64,000 nt of DNA, taken from contig OZ244799.1 in assembly GCA_965219955.1 (NCBI GenBank), forward strand, positions 1,728,001 through 1,792,000, written 5' to 3'. The position numbers and the translations under genes are program-made. The stretch comes from a bacterium. GTDB taxonomy: Bacteria > UBA8248. Position 1 is the first letter of the stretch; every line of letters begins with the position of its first letter. Shown here in pieces: positions 30,975-41,114 of this stretch. The notes under the pieces were generated by a model. The model did no database searches, had not been told where the DNA came from, and saw nothing but the letters and a program-made list of their open reading frames with translations.

Positions 30975-31802
30975 ATGCAAGATCAGTACGTGGGTGATGT
31001 AGGAGATTTCGGCAAATATGGTTTGCTTCGCGCAATCACACAACCCAGCATCACGAAGACAGGCGGATCAGAAACCTTGAGTCTCGGCGTTGTCTGGTAC
31101 CGCCATCCCGACGAACAAAACAACGATGGGAGCAAAATTAATTATCTTGGGACCTCCAAGCAAGCTAACTTTCGGAGTTGTGATCCGGAACTGTATGACT
31201 GCCTAGCTAAGATCGTAAGATATGACCCCTGCACAAAGACCGCGAAGGGCAACAGGAAGATATCAAGAATTGAGAATAGCAAGACACTCGGCTCCAAAAC
31301 CCGTTTTTGGGGCAAGACATGTCCTAGTGGAGACCCTGTTGCTCGCAAAAAATGGCACCGAGAAACATTGGAAAATTTGAAGAAATGCGACTTAGTATTC
31401 CTAGACCCAGATAATGGCCTGAGTCTGAAATGCGACCAACAGTCTGTCAGTGGAAAACATGCGTATCTCGCGGAGGTGCTGAGCTTTGTTTCTCAAGGAA
31501 ACGCAGTAATTTTCTACCATCACCCTGACAGGAGAAAAAATACTCTCACCGACAAATCGTCACACGACAGGCAAATTGAAGACCTTGCAAAATATATTGC
31601 TCGCAAATTAGATAACAATCATCATGTGTCGGCTTTTCGCTATCGAAGAGGCACTTCTCGAGCATTTTTCGTCATTTGGCCCGTAGCTCGGGGTGAAGTG
31701 TTCAAGCCCCGAATTCAAGCAGTAGGAAATGGTTTATGGAGCAAGAAAAACCATTTCGAACTTACCGTGACTTCTTTACGTGGGAAAAAACGCACAAAGT
31801 AA
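30975..31802 (+). CDS. Low-GC conserved hypothetical protein, possible SAM-methyltransferase-like fold
   Basis: Clean 275-aa ORF, MQDQYVGDVGDFGKYGLLR start and VFLDPDNGL motif; visibly AT-richer than flanks. Confidence 0.7.
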   Translation: MQDQYVGDVGDFGKYGLLRAITQPSITKTGGSETLSLGVVWYRHPDEQNNDGSKINYLGTSKQANFRSCDPELYDCLAKIVRYDPCTKTAKGNRKISRIENSKTLGSKTRFWGKTCPSGDPVARKKWHRETLENLKKCDLVFLDPDNGLSLKCDQQSVSGKHAYLAEVLSFVSQGNAVIFYHHPDRRKNTLTDKSSHDRQIEDLAKYIARKLDNNHHVSAFRYRRGTSRAFFVIWPVARGEVFKPRIQAVGNGLWSKKNHFELTVTSLRGKKRTK

Positions 31803-31891
31803 CAAAAACGCAGGAGTTTAGGCGGACACAGAGGTCCGCCCCTACGACTAAATATGAGACCTGTGTTGCCAGCGTTACTCCAGAGTTTCAC

Positions 31892-32926
31892 TTACCCTCC
31901 GTCGTTTACAACCATCCTCGCCGCGAGGATGAGCGCATCGGCCATGCTGGAGGGGTCGGCAATACCCTGCCCGGCGATGGGGAATCCCGTCCCGTGCTCG
32001 ACCGAGGTTCTGACGATGGGCAGGCCCAGCGTGACGTTCACGCCGCGAACGCTCGCCTGCCCTTCGGAGTCGAAGCGGAAACACATCAGCTTGCCCGGAA
32101 TATGGCCCTGATCGTGATACATGGCCACGACGCCGCTGTAGTAGCCCCCGCGCAGTTTGCCGAAAATCGTGTCCGGCGGCTCGGGGCCGTGCGCGTCGAC
32201 GCCCATCTCTCTCAAATCCGCGACCGCGGGCGCGATTTCCTCCACCTCTTCCCTGCCGAACAAGCCGCCCTCGCCCGCGTGTGGGTTGAGGCCCGCAACG
32301 CCGATTCTGGGCGTTTTGCGATCGAGCCGGCGCAGGGCGTCGTCCAGAACGCGCGCCACGTAGACGATTCGCTTTCTCCTGACGCGCCTGAGCGCCACCC
32401 TCAGCGAACAATGGGTGGATAGGTGCGCGATTCGTATCTTGCGGTGCGCGAGCATCATGACGGGCCGCCCTCCGCCGCACAGGTCGGCGAGCATCTCGGT
32501 ATGGCCAGGGTAGTCGTATCCCCCGGCTTGCAAGGATTCCTTGTTGATCGGCGCGGTCGCAACAGCGTCCACGAGGCCCGAGCGCGCCATCGAGACAGAT
32601 CGCTCAATGTACTGGCCCGCCGCCGCGCCTAATTCGGGAAGGACTTTTCCGTAAACGCGGTGTTCGGGAGCGACGTTTTTCAGATCGACCACGGGCGTAC
32701 GCGCCGAGTCCTGGTATTTTGCCGGCTTCGCCTCATCAGCTACCCGTTCCAGACGCGCAGGAATCTCCATCCGCCGGGCGTGTTTCCTGAGCACGGCCAT
32801 ATCGCCCACGATGAGGGGGAGGCATTTTTTCCGAACCCTCGTCTCAAGAGCGGCTTTGAGACATACCTCGGGCCCCACCCCCGCAGGGTCTCCCATGGTC
32901 ATCGCGATTACGGGTCGTCGTTTCAA
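31892..32926 (-). CDS. pdxA: 4-hydroxythreonine-4-phosphate dehydrogenase (PdxA/PdxA2)
   Basis: TMGDPAGVGPE, TAPINKE, GHTE, GLNPHAGEGGLFG, AMYHDQG, RTSVEHGT. Confidence 0.94.
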   Translation of the reverse strand: MKRRPVIAMTMGDPAGVGPEVCLKAALETRVRKKCLPLIVGDMAVLRKHARRMEIPARLERVADEAKPAKYQDSARTPVVDLKNVAPEHRVYGKVLPELGAAAGQYIERSVSMARSGLVDAVATAPINKESLQAGGYDYPGHTEMLADLCGGGRPVMMLAHRKIRIAHLSTHCSLRVALRRVRRKRIVYVARVLDDALRRLDRKTPRIGVAGLNPHAGEGGLFGREEVEEIAPAVADLREMGVDAHGPEPPDTIFGKLRGGYYSGVVAMYHDQGHIPGKLMCFRFDSEGQASVRGVNVTLGLPIVRTSVEHGTGFPIAGQGIADPSSMADALILAARMVVNDGG

Positions 32927-33087
32927 CGCGGCTCCCTTTTTTCTCGGCGCGTCATGTGCGGAAAACGCATCACGTCCGAACACATCCGGACATATCACTT
33001 CGGGCAGGTTATCATATTCCCGCCGTCTTCGATTCGAGAGATTATTTCGCCGGGAACTCTTGACTTGGGCGTTATGCGGCGCGGAAG

Positions 33088-33648
33088 ATGACCCCTCGAC
33101 ACGAGAAAGCAAGTGGCTCTCAGCAAGAGGAATATCTTTTGGGCGAGAATGGCGCAAGCGCAGGCAAAACGGTCCGGAAACTTCACGAACTCGGCTTCAC
33201 GCACGCTCTCATGATCCCGGACAGCGAGAGCCGTCTTCTATACGAAGCCCTGGAAAACGACCCGGAAATCGACCTGATCACCCCCTGCCGGGAGGGAGAA
33301 TCCGTCGCCATCGCGGCCGGGCTCTGGACGGGCGGCCTCAAGCCGCTGCTCGTGATCCAGAACACGGGCCTGATGGAGGCGGGAGACTCTTTAAGGGGCT
33401 GCGGGGTCGGCCCCAAAGTGCCCCTGCGCATGATGGTCGGCTGGCGGGGATACGGCGGGGCGACGGCCGGAAAGCTGCCGATCGATTCGGCCTATACCTT
33501 CACGGAGCCGCTGCTTCAGGCGTGGAGAATCCCGACCTGGCGCCTCAAGTCGGACGATGACCTGGGAACGCTCGAACTGATGGACCAGACGGCGGCGGAA
33601 ACTTCTTATCCGGCGGCCGTGATCACCGGCTACGGGTTCAAACCTTGA
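33088..33648 (+). CDS. TPP enzyme pyrimidine-binding subunit (sulfopyruvate decarboxylase alpha-like)
   Basis: IPDS, REGESVAIAAG, IQNTGL; paired with the next gene. Confidence 0.78.
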   Translation: MTPRHEKASGSQQEEYLLGENGASAGKTVRKLHELGFTHALMIPDSESRLLYEALENDPEIDLITPCREGESVAIAAGLWTGGLKPLLVIQNTGLMEAGDSLRGCGVGPKVPLRMMVGWRGYGGATAGKLPIDSAYTFTEPLLQAWRIPTWRLKSDDDLGTLELMDQTAAETSYPAAVITGYGFKP

Positions 33649-33661
33649 AAGGCGGATCACC

Positions 33662-34246
33662 TTGATAGATCGCATGGAACTGTTCCGGACAGTGGCGGAG
33701 CGAAGAACGAACGAGATCGTGGTGATGACCATGACGGCTACTCTCCAGTGGCCGCTGGTCTCTAAAAGCGACCTCGATTTCGATTTCCTGGCCTTCGGCA
33801 TGGGGCACGCCGCCGATTTCGGCTTAGGACTCGCCATCGCCCGGCCCGAGCGAAAAACCATTGTCTGGAAGGGCGACGGAGGGATACTGATGAGCCTGGG
33901 CTCGCTGGTGACGCTGGCCAGGTATGCGCCCGAAAACCTTGTCGTATTCCTGCTCGAGAACAGGAGCTACGAGATGGTGGGCGGGCAGGAACTCCCCCCG
34001 CGGGCCGATTTCGTCGAACTGGCGCGCGCCTCGGGCTTCGAGGGCGGAGGCGCGACGGCAAAAGGCAAGGTGGAACGAATTGATTCCCTGGAAGCGTTTC
34101 AGGACGCCCTGCCCCGGATTCTCACCGAGGCGGGTCCACATTTCATCGTTTTGCCGGTGACGAACAGGGAGAAACTTCCGCCGGTGAACCATTCGGACCA
34201 TGCGAAGAGAATCCGGACTCTCAGAAAGGCCCTGAACGTGTCATAG
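33662..34246 (+). CDS. TPP enzyme pyrophosphate-binding subunit (sulfopyruvate decarboxylase beta-like)
   Basis: MGHA...GLGLA, GDGGILMSLG...LENRSY TPP motif. Confidence 0.8.
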   Translation: MIDRMELFRTVAERRTNEIVVMTMTATLQWPLVSKSDLDFDFLAFGMGHAADFGLGLAIARPERKTIVWKGDGGILMSLGSLVTLARYAPENLVVFLLENRSYEMVGGQELPPRADFVELARASGFEGGGATAKGKVERIDSLEAFQDALPRILTEAGPHFIVLPVTNREKLPPVNHSDHAKRIRTLRKALNVS

Positions 34247-34250
34247 GGCA

Positions 34251-34940
34251 TCACTTCTGAATCAATATCTTGTTCAGTTCGTCGAGCGAGGTGATTTCCG
34301 CGTCGATTTCATGCGGGACGCGCTCTTTCTTCTGTCCGAAGCGATTGACCCAGACGACGCGATACCCGAAATGAGAGGCCCCCGCGATGTCCCAGCCGTT
34401 CGATGAGAAAAAGCAAATCCTGTCGGCGGGAACACCGAGCCGGTCCACCGCCAGTTGATAGACCGATGCGTGCACCTTGAATATCCCGACGCTCTCCACG
34501 GATAGAACGTCTTCGAGATATTCCTCGATGCGTGCGTTTTTCACCGCGCTGCCGAGCATTTCGGGAGAGCCGTTGGAGAGAATCGCGGCCCGCACCCCGT
34601 CTTCCCGCAACTTTTTGAGCACGCCCTTCACCTCGGGATACGCGCTAAGCTGCTTGTAGAGCATCATCAGTTCTTCGCGAAGGTCCGGGTTCTCCATCCC
34701 CAGCGTATCCATGGCGAAATCGAGCGCATCGCCCGTTACCTGCCAGAAATCCGCGTGGTTGCCCATCAGGCTTCTCAGCCACGTGTACTCAATCTGCTTG
34801 GTCCGCCAGAGCGAGGAGAGGGCCTGCCAATTATCGCCGAGTTCGGATTGCTTTTCCGCCGCCGCAGCGGTCACGTCGAACAGCGTGCCGTAGGCGTCGA
34901 ACAGACACAGGTCGATTTCATGATCACCCAGCCGGAGCAT
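34251..34940 (-). CDS. Haloacid dehalogenase type II
   Basis: FDAYGTLFDV, WRTKQIEYTW, ILSNG, FK, SSNGWDIAGA. Confidence 0.92.
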   Translation of the reverse strand: MLRLGDHEIDLCLFDAYGTLFDVTAAAAEKQSELGDNWQALSSLWRTKQIEYTWLRSLMGNHADFWQVTGDALDFAMDTLGMENPDLREELMMLYKQLSAYPEVKGVLKKLREDGVRAAILSNGSPEMLGSAVKNARIEEYLEDVLSVESVGIFKVHASVYQLAVDRLGVPADRICFFSSNGWDIAGASHFGYRVVWVNRFGQKKERVPHEIDAEITSLDELNKILIQK

Positions 34941-34975
34941 CTCTCATCCACCTCCATAAAATGCGGTCATTTTCC

Positions 34976-35950
34976 TCATGGAAACAGATTTATCTTGCCC
35001 AAAAACTTGCCGCTCAGGAGAACCTCGTGCGATTCGTTCGCCTGCTCCAGGGGCAGTACCCGCCCGATATGAGGCCTGATGGCGCCGCTTTCCAGCAAGG
35101 GAGGCAGACGCCTCAATATGCCCGGGACGAGAGGATTCAGATTGCCCGAGGAGAGCGCCAGAATCCGCGCGTCCCGGCCCATGGCCGCAGGCAGGGGAAT
35201 CGTCACATCCGGGCCCTTGCCCGTCCCCGTTCCGACGATGACGATCCGGCCGTTGACGGCGTTGAGTTTGAGGTCCGCAGGCAGATTGTCACAACCTATA
35301 TTCTCAACGACGACGTCGACGCCCCTGCCGGAAGTGAGCTCCATTACGCGCTCGGGCACGTCTTCTTCACGGTAGTTGATGGCCGCCTCGGCGCCCGCCG
35401 CAAGGCAGAAATCCGCCTTTTCCCCGGAACTGACCGTCGTGAACACCCGGCAGCCTAGCGTGCGGGCGAGCTGGATCGCCAGATAGCCCACGCCGCCGGC
35501 TCCCCCCTGCACGAGCACGCAATCGCCCGGCGCCGCCTCTCCCTTCACGACCAGGGCGTTCCAGGCCGTGAGCAGCGGGATGGGCAGCGCGGCGCCTTCC
35601 GCAGAAGACATCGAATCCGGAAGCTTTCCCGTCGAGTCTGCGGGCAGCAGCCCTTTTTCGGCATACGCCCCGGTGGAGGCGCGGCCCCACACCCGATCGC
35701 CCGGCGCGAACGTCTCGACGCCCTCGCCCACCGACTCCACTTCACCCGCGACGTCCGTGCCGCAGGTATAGGGCAGCGTCATCGCCCCCGCGCGCGGATG
35801 ATTCCCCGATCGTATGGCGACTTCCAGGGGATTCACGCCCGCCGCCGCTATCCGCACCAGCATCTCACCCGGCCCGGGTTCGGGCTCCGCCACCTCTTCC
35901 AATTCCATGGGATGCTCGAGCCCGAACCGCGTTACTCGTACCGCTTTCAT
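34976..35950 (-). CDS. NADPH:quinone reductase / MDR family oxidoreductase
   Basis: AGVNP, QGGAGGVG, GKINL. Confidence 0.92.
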   Translation of the reverse strand: MKAVRVTRFGLEHPMELEEVAEPEPGPGEMLVRIAAAGVNPLEVAIRSGNHPRAGAMTLPYTCGTDVAGEVESVGEGVETFAPGDRVWGRASTGAYAEKGLLPADSTGKLPDSMSSAEGAALPIPLLTAWNALVVKGEAAPGDCVLVQGGAGGVGYLAIQLARTLGCRVFTTVSSGEKADFCLAAGAEAAINYREEDVPERVMELTSGRGVDVVVENIGCDNLPADLKLNAVNGRIVIVGTGTGKGPDVTIPLPAAMGRDARILALSSGNLNPLVPGILRRLPPLLESGAIRPHIGRVLPLEQANESHEVLLSGKFLGKINLFP

Positions 35951-35980
35951 TGCATTCTCCTTTTGCGCCCCGTCCCGAAG

Positions 35981-36955
35981 CTACGGGACCAGGACGACCT
36001 TGCCCAGAAACTGACCATCCAGCACGTAATCATGCGCTTCGTTCGCATCCTCGAAACTCGACGCCTTGTCGACGTTGACCCGGAACGCGCCCTCGCGCAG
36101 CAGGGGCGTGAAGCGGCGCACCAGCTCCGGCATTTTCGGAAACAGGTTCACCACGGCCAGCCCCAGCACCACGGCGTCTTTCGTCATGACCGCCGGAACC
36201 CGGAATTCCGCGCCCGGACCTTTCCCCGTACCCGTGCCGATGACGATGATTTTCCCGTCCACGCGGATGGCGTCCAAGTCCTTGTCGAAATTATCACAGG
36301 CGCAAAGCTCGACGACGACGTCGACGCCGCGCCCTCCTGTGAGCTCCATGCAGCGCTCGGCGAAATCCTCCTCGCGGTAGTTGATCGTCTCGTCCGCGCC
36401 CATCTCCTTGCAGAATTCCGCCTTCGCGTCCGAACTCACCGTCGCGAAAACGCGGCAGCCCAGCCGCTTGGCGAGTTGAATCGCCGCCATCCCGACGCCG
36501 CCGGCGCCGCCCTGCACCAGCACCGTCTCGCCGGGGCCTGCCTGCGCCTTGATGACGAGCGCGTTCCAGGCCGTGTAGAACGCGACCGTGATGCACGCTC
36601 CTTCTTCATAAGAGTAAGCCTCGGGCAGTTCCGCCGTGGCGTCGGCGACGAGCCGCACGTTCTCGGCGTAGCTTCCCCCCATGGCGCGGCCATATACCCG
36701 CTGCCCGATCCGCCAGCCCTCCACGCCCTCGCCCAGGGCGATGATATCTCCCGCCGCCTCGGCGCCTGGAACATAAGGGGGCGTCACCAGCTTGGCGTAA
36801 GGGTGCTTGGCGGCCCGTATCGCCAGGTCCACCGGGTTCACGCCGACTGCGCCGGCTTTGATCAGCACCTCGCCGGGCGCAGGCTTTGCGTCTTCCACCT
36901 CGTCCACCCGCATCGGAACATCCATGTTGAATTCATGTACGCGCACCGCTTTCAT
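35981..36955 (-). CDS. NADPH:quinone reductase / MDR family oxidoreductase (tandem paralog)
   Basis: VGVNPVD, PYVPGAEAAG, QGGAGGVGMAAIQ, GKVVL. Confidence 0.92.
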   Translation of the reverse strand: MKAVRVHEFNMDVPMRVDEVEDAKPAPGEVLIKAGAVGVNPVDLAIRAAKHPYAKLVTPPYVPGAEAAGDIIALGEGVEGWRIGQRVYGRAMGGSYAENVRLVADATAELPEAYSYEEGACITVAFYTAWNALVIKAQAGPGETVLVQGGAGGVGMAAIQLAKRLGCRVFATVSSDAKAEFCKEMGADETINYREEDFAERCMELTGGRGVDVVVELCACDNFDKDLDAIRVDGKIIVIGTGTGKGPGAEFRVPAVMTKDAVVLGLAVVNLFPKMPELVRRFTPLLREGAFRVNVDKASSFEDANEAHDYVLDGQFLGKVVLVP

Positions 36956-37049
36956 CGGAATTTTCACTCCTCGGTTTAGAGAAACAGTCCGAAAATTATC
37001 GAACGATAAATAGAATCCGCCTCATACTTTATCAGGCATACGTGAAAAT

Positions 37050-37901
37050 TTAATACTCATCCGTCCAGCTTCTGCGGCGCTTCTCGCCGGCGTCACACGG
37101 CGGGGCCGCCCTAGACACCAGAACCGGGCTTTCTTTCGTGTTCCGCGGGTCCTGGACCAGTTGCCGCCTCTCCCTCCCCGGCAGGCCGACAATCTCCAGA
37201 ATCAGTTTCCTGCGGATGGCGCGACCGAAAGACTTGAAGTCATTCGCGACCACCAGGAAAGAGCGCCTCCCCCCGATGACGCATTTCCTGTAATACAGAT
37301 CCAGGTCCGGCATCGGCATCCTTCCCCAGGGACTCGGCCGGTTGTTCACGATGGGAAGCCCGTTTATCGTCACGCCGGCCCGTACGGCCCTGTCGCGCGC
37401 ATTCGTCACGTAGTCCCCGCTGTTGTTCGGCCCGTCGCCGGAAATGTCGATGGTGCGGCGCTCGCTCGTGAACCCGTTGTTCTCGAACAGCGGAAGCGCG
37501 AACTCAATCGCGCCGCTGATAGACGTGTAGGGCCCCACCCCCACCGGCGCCTGGGAGAGCAGGTAGGCGAACGCCTCGGCGCTCGCCCTGTCGTGGATAC
37601 GCTTCCAGCCCACGACGATCCTCTGAAAATCGAAGCCCGCCCACTCCATGTAGGTGACCGCAATGCTCTTGTGTCTTCCCGATTGGATGGCGCGCAAGAC
37701 AGACGGCGAGCGAAAGGCGTTCACGTATCCCATCCGCTGGAGTCTCCCCTCCTCCCTATCCACGCTCCCGGAAACGTCGACCGCCAGGACGAGTTCCAGG
37801 TCCACGCTGACGGGAGCGGGCCACGCGGAACCGGAGTGCAGGAGAATCGCCACGATAGCCATGCAAGCCGCCAGACCATGCCGTATCGCCATATGGTTCA
37901 T
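37050..37901 (-). CDS. Secreted DUF1194 (VWA-like) protein
   Basis: Signal peptide; DLELVLAVDVSGSVD, IDISGDGPNN, INGLPI. Confidence 0.88.
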   Translation of the reverse strand: MNHMAIRHGLAACMAIVAILLHSGSAWPAPVSVDLELVLAVDVSGSVDREEGRLQRMGYVNAFRSPSVLRAIQSGRHKSIAVTYMEWAGFDFQRIVVGWKRIHDRASAEAFAYLLSQAPVGVGPYTSISGAIEFALPLFENNGFTSERRTIDISGDGPNNSGDYVTNARDRAVRAGVTINGLPIVNNRPSPWGRMPMPDLDLYYRKCVIGGRRSFLVVANDFKSFGRAIRRKLILEIVGLPGRERRQLVQDPRNTKESPVLVSRAAPPCDAGEKRRRSWTDEY

Positions 37902-37943
37902 CGCTGCTTCCCGTTCTTCGGGTTTTCGTGAATCATCGCGGAA

Positions 37944-38960
37944 TCATTTCTCTTTCAACATACCGGCTGCGGATTCCAGTTCCAGGCGAATCTGCTCCAT
38001 CAGGGAGGAATACATGTGTTTTTCGGTGAGCAGCTCCCTGGTTTCCTCCGCCACGTCCTGGTGTTTGCCTGAAGCGTAATCGCAGCGAATCACCCGCCAT
38101 CTTGAAAATTCGCGGTAGAGGCCCGAAATCCCGTCTTCCGCCCCTTTCAACCGGGACAGCAGTTTCACATATTCCGCCCGCGCGCGCGGGTAATCCTCCG
38201 CGATGAAAAAACTCTCCGCGTATGCAACGTCGTACAGGGCGTTTTCGGGATAGCGCGCGCGAAGGTACCCGGCGTCCCCTCTCGCCTCCTTGAATTTCTT
38301 CGCCCGGTAGAGCGCCCAGATGAGGTCCAGCCGCGCCGTAATGGATATCCAGCCGCCTCCATCGACCGCGCGGCGCAGATACTTTCTGCCCTTCGCGCTC
38401 GTATCGCCGACGAAAAAGCGGAACATCCTCACCCAGCTCTCCGTGCTGCCCCTGATGTGGTAAATCCCCAGCCCGTAGTAGGCGTCGTGAAGTTTCGGGT
38501 CGAGTTCGAGCGCTTTTTCCAGATGGTTCTGCATCGCGCCCGCCCGCAGGAACGCCGTGAGATAGCTGCTGCTGTCGAGCGCATCGACGATGCGCATGCC
38601 CTCCGTCAGGCCGGCGAGGAGGAGCGCCCTCGTGTCTTCGGGGTTTTTCTCAAGCAACGCCTCGGAGAGGGCCATCGCCTTCTCGGCGTTTTTCCGCCAG
38701 GTTTCCTGGTATTTCTCTCGCCGGATATGCCCTTTCAGGATGTGGAAAACGGACGCCTTGAAGAAATATCCCTCGGGACGCCCGGGCGCGGACGCTATCA
38801 CCCTGTCGAACGTGTCCGAAGCGGCTGAATAATCGCCCGCGGCGACCCGTTCGAGCCCTGCGTCAATCGATTTCACGTCCAAAGACGCGCCATGAGCGAG
38901 GTTCGCCGAAGCCGTGATAACGACGATAAAAATGAGTATTCTCGCGAAAGAAGACGCCAT
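37944..38960 (-). CDS. Secreted TPR-repeat protein
   Basis: Signal peptide; EKALELDPKLHDAYYGLGIY TPR-like helices. Confidence 0.8.
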   Translation of the reverse strand: MASSFARILIFIVVITASANLAHGASLDVKSIDAGLERVAAGDYSAASDTFDRVIASAPGRPEGYFFKASVFHILKGHIRREKYQETWRKNAEKAMALSEALLEKNPEDTRALLLAGLTEGMRIVDALDSSSYLTAFLRAGAMQNHLEKALELDPKLHDAYYGLGIYHIRGSTESWVRMFRFFVGDTSAKGRKYLRRAVDGGGWISITARLDLIWALYRAKKFKEARGDAGYLRARYPENALYDVAYAESFFIAEDYPRARAEYVKLLSRLKGAEDGISGLYREFSRWRVIRCDYASGKHQDVAEETRELLTEKHMYSSLMEQIRLELESAAGMLKEK

Positions 38961-39097
38961 TGCTCCTCCGGGAATCAACGCGCGGGCGGCCGGCCCTGAA
39001 ACGGGCGGGCCTCTGCGCGAACGACGGTTTGCCCGCGCCCGTGATTGGGCATATCGTAGTATCGGGGTACGGGTATTTCAACCATAGCGAGCCGGCC

Positions 39098-40426
39098 ATG
39101 CTGAACATAAAACCTCCCGATGCGGCGATTCGGATCATCCGGGCACTTGAGGCCTCGGGCCACCGGGCGCTCCTGGCGGGCGGATGCGTGCGCGACGCCC
39201 TGCTCGGCTCCCCCCCGAAGGACTGGGACATCGCCACCGATGCGGCGCCCGAAGCCGTTCAGGGCCTTTTCCCGAAAACCGTCGCTGTGGGAGCGCAGTT
39301 CGGCGTGGTGCTCGTGCGGGTGGACGGCCAGGAGTTCGAGGTGGCCCGGTTCCGTGAAGACGGCCCCTACGGCGACGGGAGGCACCCCGACTCGGTTCGC
39401 CCCTCCGACGAGAAAGGCGACGCGAACCGGCGCGATTTCACCATCAACGGGATGTTCTACGACGTATCGAAAAATCAACTCCTCGACTACGTGGGCGGCC
39501 GGCGCGACCTGGACGAGGGAATCATCCGGGCCATCGGCGAGCCGGACTCGAGGTTCCGCGAAGACCACCTGCGCATGATGCGGGCGATCCGCTTCTCGGC
39601 GAGGTTCGGCTTCGCGATCGAGCCGGCGACCGCCGCCGCCATCGAAGCGGGTGCGGGGCTCATCGGGAAAATCAGCCCCGAGAGAATCCGCGACGAACTG
39701 ACGATCATCCTGACCCAGGCGAATTCCGATATCGCCTTCGCCGCGCTGGATTCCTCGGGCCTCCTGGGACACGTCCTGCCCGAAGTCGCCGCCATGCGCG
39801 GGGTGGCGCAGCCGCCGGAATTCCACCCCGAGGGCGACGTGTGGACGCACGTGCTCGCCATGCTCCGCATCAAGAAACGCTCCGCCTCGCCGACGCTCGC
39901 CTGGGGCATACTCCTCCACGACGTCGGAAAGCCGCCTACATACACCGAAACCGACAGGATCCGCTTCAACGGGCACGACAAGGCCGGCGCGAGGATGAGC
40001 GCGGAGGTCTGCGCGAGGCTCCGCATGCCGAAGGCGCGCGCGGCGAGAATCCGCGACCTGGTCGCCAACCACATGCGCTTCATGCACGTGGAGAAGATGC
40101 GCGAGGCCCGCCTCAAGCGCTTCCTGCGCGAGCCGTATTTCGGGGAACTGCTCGAACTCCACCGCGTCGACTGCCTCGCCAGCCACGGGAACCTGAGGAC
40201 CCACGAATTCTGCACGCGGAAACTCGGGGAAATCCACGAGGAGGCCCTGCGACCGCCGCGCCTGCTCGACGGCCGCGACCTCATGGCGATGGGCTACCCG
40301 GCGGGCCCGAAACTCGGCGAAATCCTCACAGCACTCGAAGACGAGCAACTCGAGGGGCGCATCTCCACCGGGGAGGAGGCCCGCGATTTCACCCGGCGGC
40401 ATTTCCCGCTTCCGGGGGGTTGTTGA
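39098..40426 (+). CDS. cca: CCA tRNA nucleotidyltransferase / poly(A) polymerase family with HD domain
   Basis: GGCVRD, DWDIATD, RRDFTING, EDHLRMMRAIRF, HPEGDVWTH, LHDVGKP. Confidence 0.93.
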   Translation: MLNIKPPDAAIRIIRALEASGHRALLAGGCVRDALLGSPPKDWDIATDAAPEAVQGLFPKTVAVGAQFGVVLVRVDGQEFEVARFREDGPYGDGRHPDSVRPSDEKGDANRRDFTINGMFYDVSKNQLLDYVGGRRDLDEGIIRAIGEPDSRFREDHLRMMRAIRFSARFGFAIEPATAAAIEAGAGLIGKISPERIRDELTIILTQANSDIAFAALDSSGLLGHVLPEVAAMRGVAQPPEFHPEGDVWTHVLAMLRIKKRSASPTLAWGILLHDVGKPPTYTETDRIRFNGHDKAGARMSAEVCARLRMPKARAARIRDLVANHMRFMHVEKMREARLKRFLREPYFGELLELHRVDCLASHGNLRTHEFCTRKLGEIHEEALRPPRLLDGRDLMAMGYPAGPKLGEILTALEDEQLEGRISTGEEARDFTRRHFPLPGGC

Positions 40427-40485
40427 GAGAGTTTCCCTGAGGAGGGCCATCGATAACCCCCTTCCCGATCATCGAATTCTTCACC

Positions 40486-40985
40486 GTAGGGACAGGCCTC
40501 CGTGCCTGTCCGAAGCCCCTGTGCCTGTCCTGACGATGGACAACCACGGAGGGCAGGACAACCCTTTTGGCTTGTCCTGCTGCAGAACCATCGTGCGCAC
40601 GCTTTTGAAGTTCACTCCCCCCTTGAGGGTCTGGCTTCCCGAGGGGAAAGCAAGACGAGGAAGCCGAGCGTTTTGTGCGAAGGCTGACTCGGTGGGGGGT
40701 AAAATGCGTTTTATCGCCATCCGAATTATCCCCCCCACCGAATCGCTTTCGGGCTTACGCCCTCAGCTCTTCGTCGGTCTTCCCGAGGAGGAAAGACCGA
40801 CCCTCAAGGGGGGAGTGATTTCTTTCACTTCGGCAGGGGGTGACAAGCCCCTCAAGGGGGGAGTGGTTCTCCACCCTCGTGTTTGGGGCATTACCCGTAG
40901 GGACAGGCCTCCGTGCCTGTCCTGGCGAAGGATAACCACGCAGGGCAGGACAGGCACGGAGGCCTGTCCCTACATCCCTACAGAA
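40486..40985. repeat. Intergenic REP-like cluster
   Basis: GTAGGGACAGGCCTCCGTGCCTGTCC copies and CCCCTTGAGGG...GGGGGGTAAAATGCGTTTTATCGCC element. Confidence 0.85.
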
Positions 40986-41114
40986 CCATCGTACCCCCAC
41001 CGCTTCAAGAATTCCCGGCACCCGCCTCCCGGGGGTTGTCGATTGATCCGCGCGTCCATACGCTCTAGGATGGCCTGAACCGCTTTCGCCTTCCCCCGAC
41101 TCCGGGTGCCCCCT

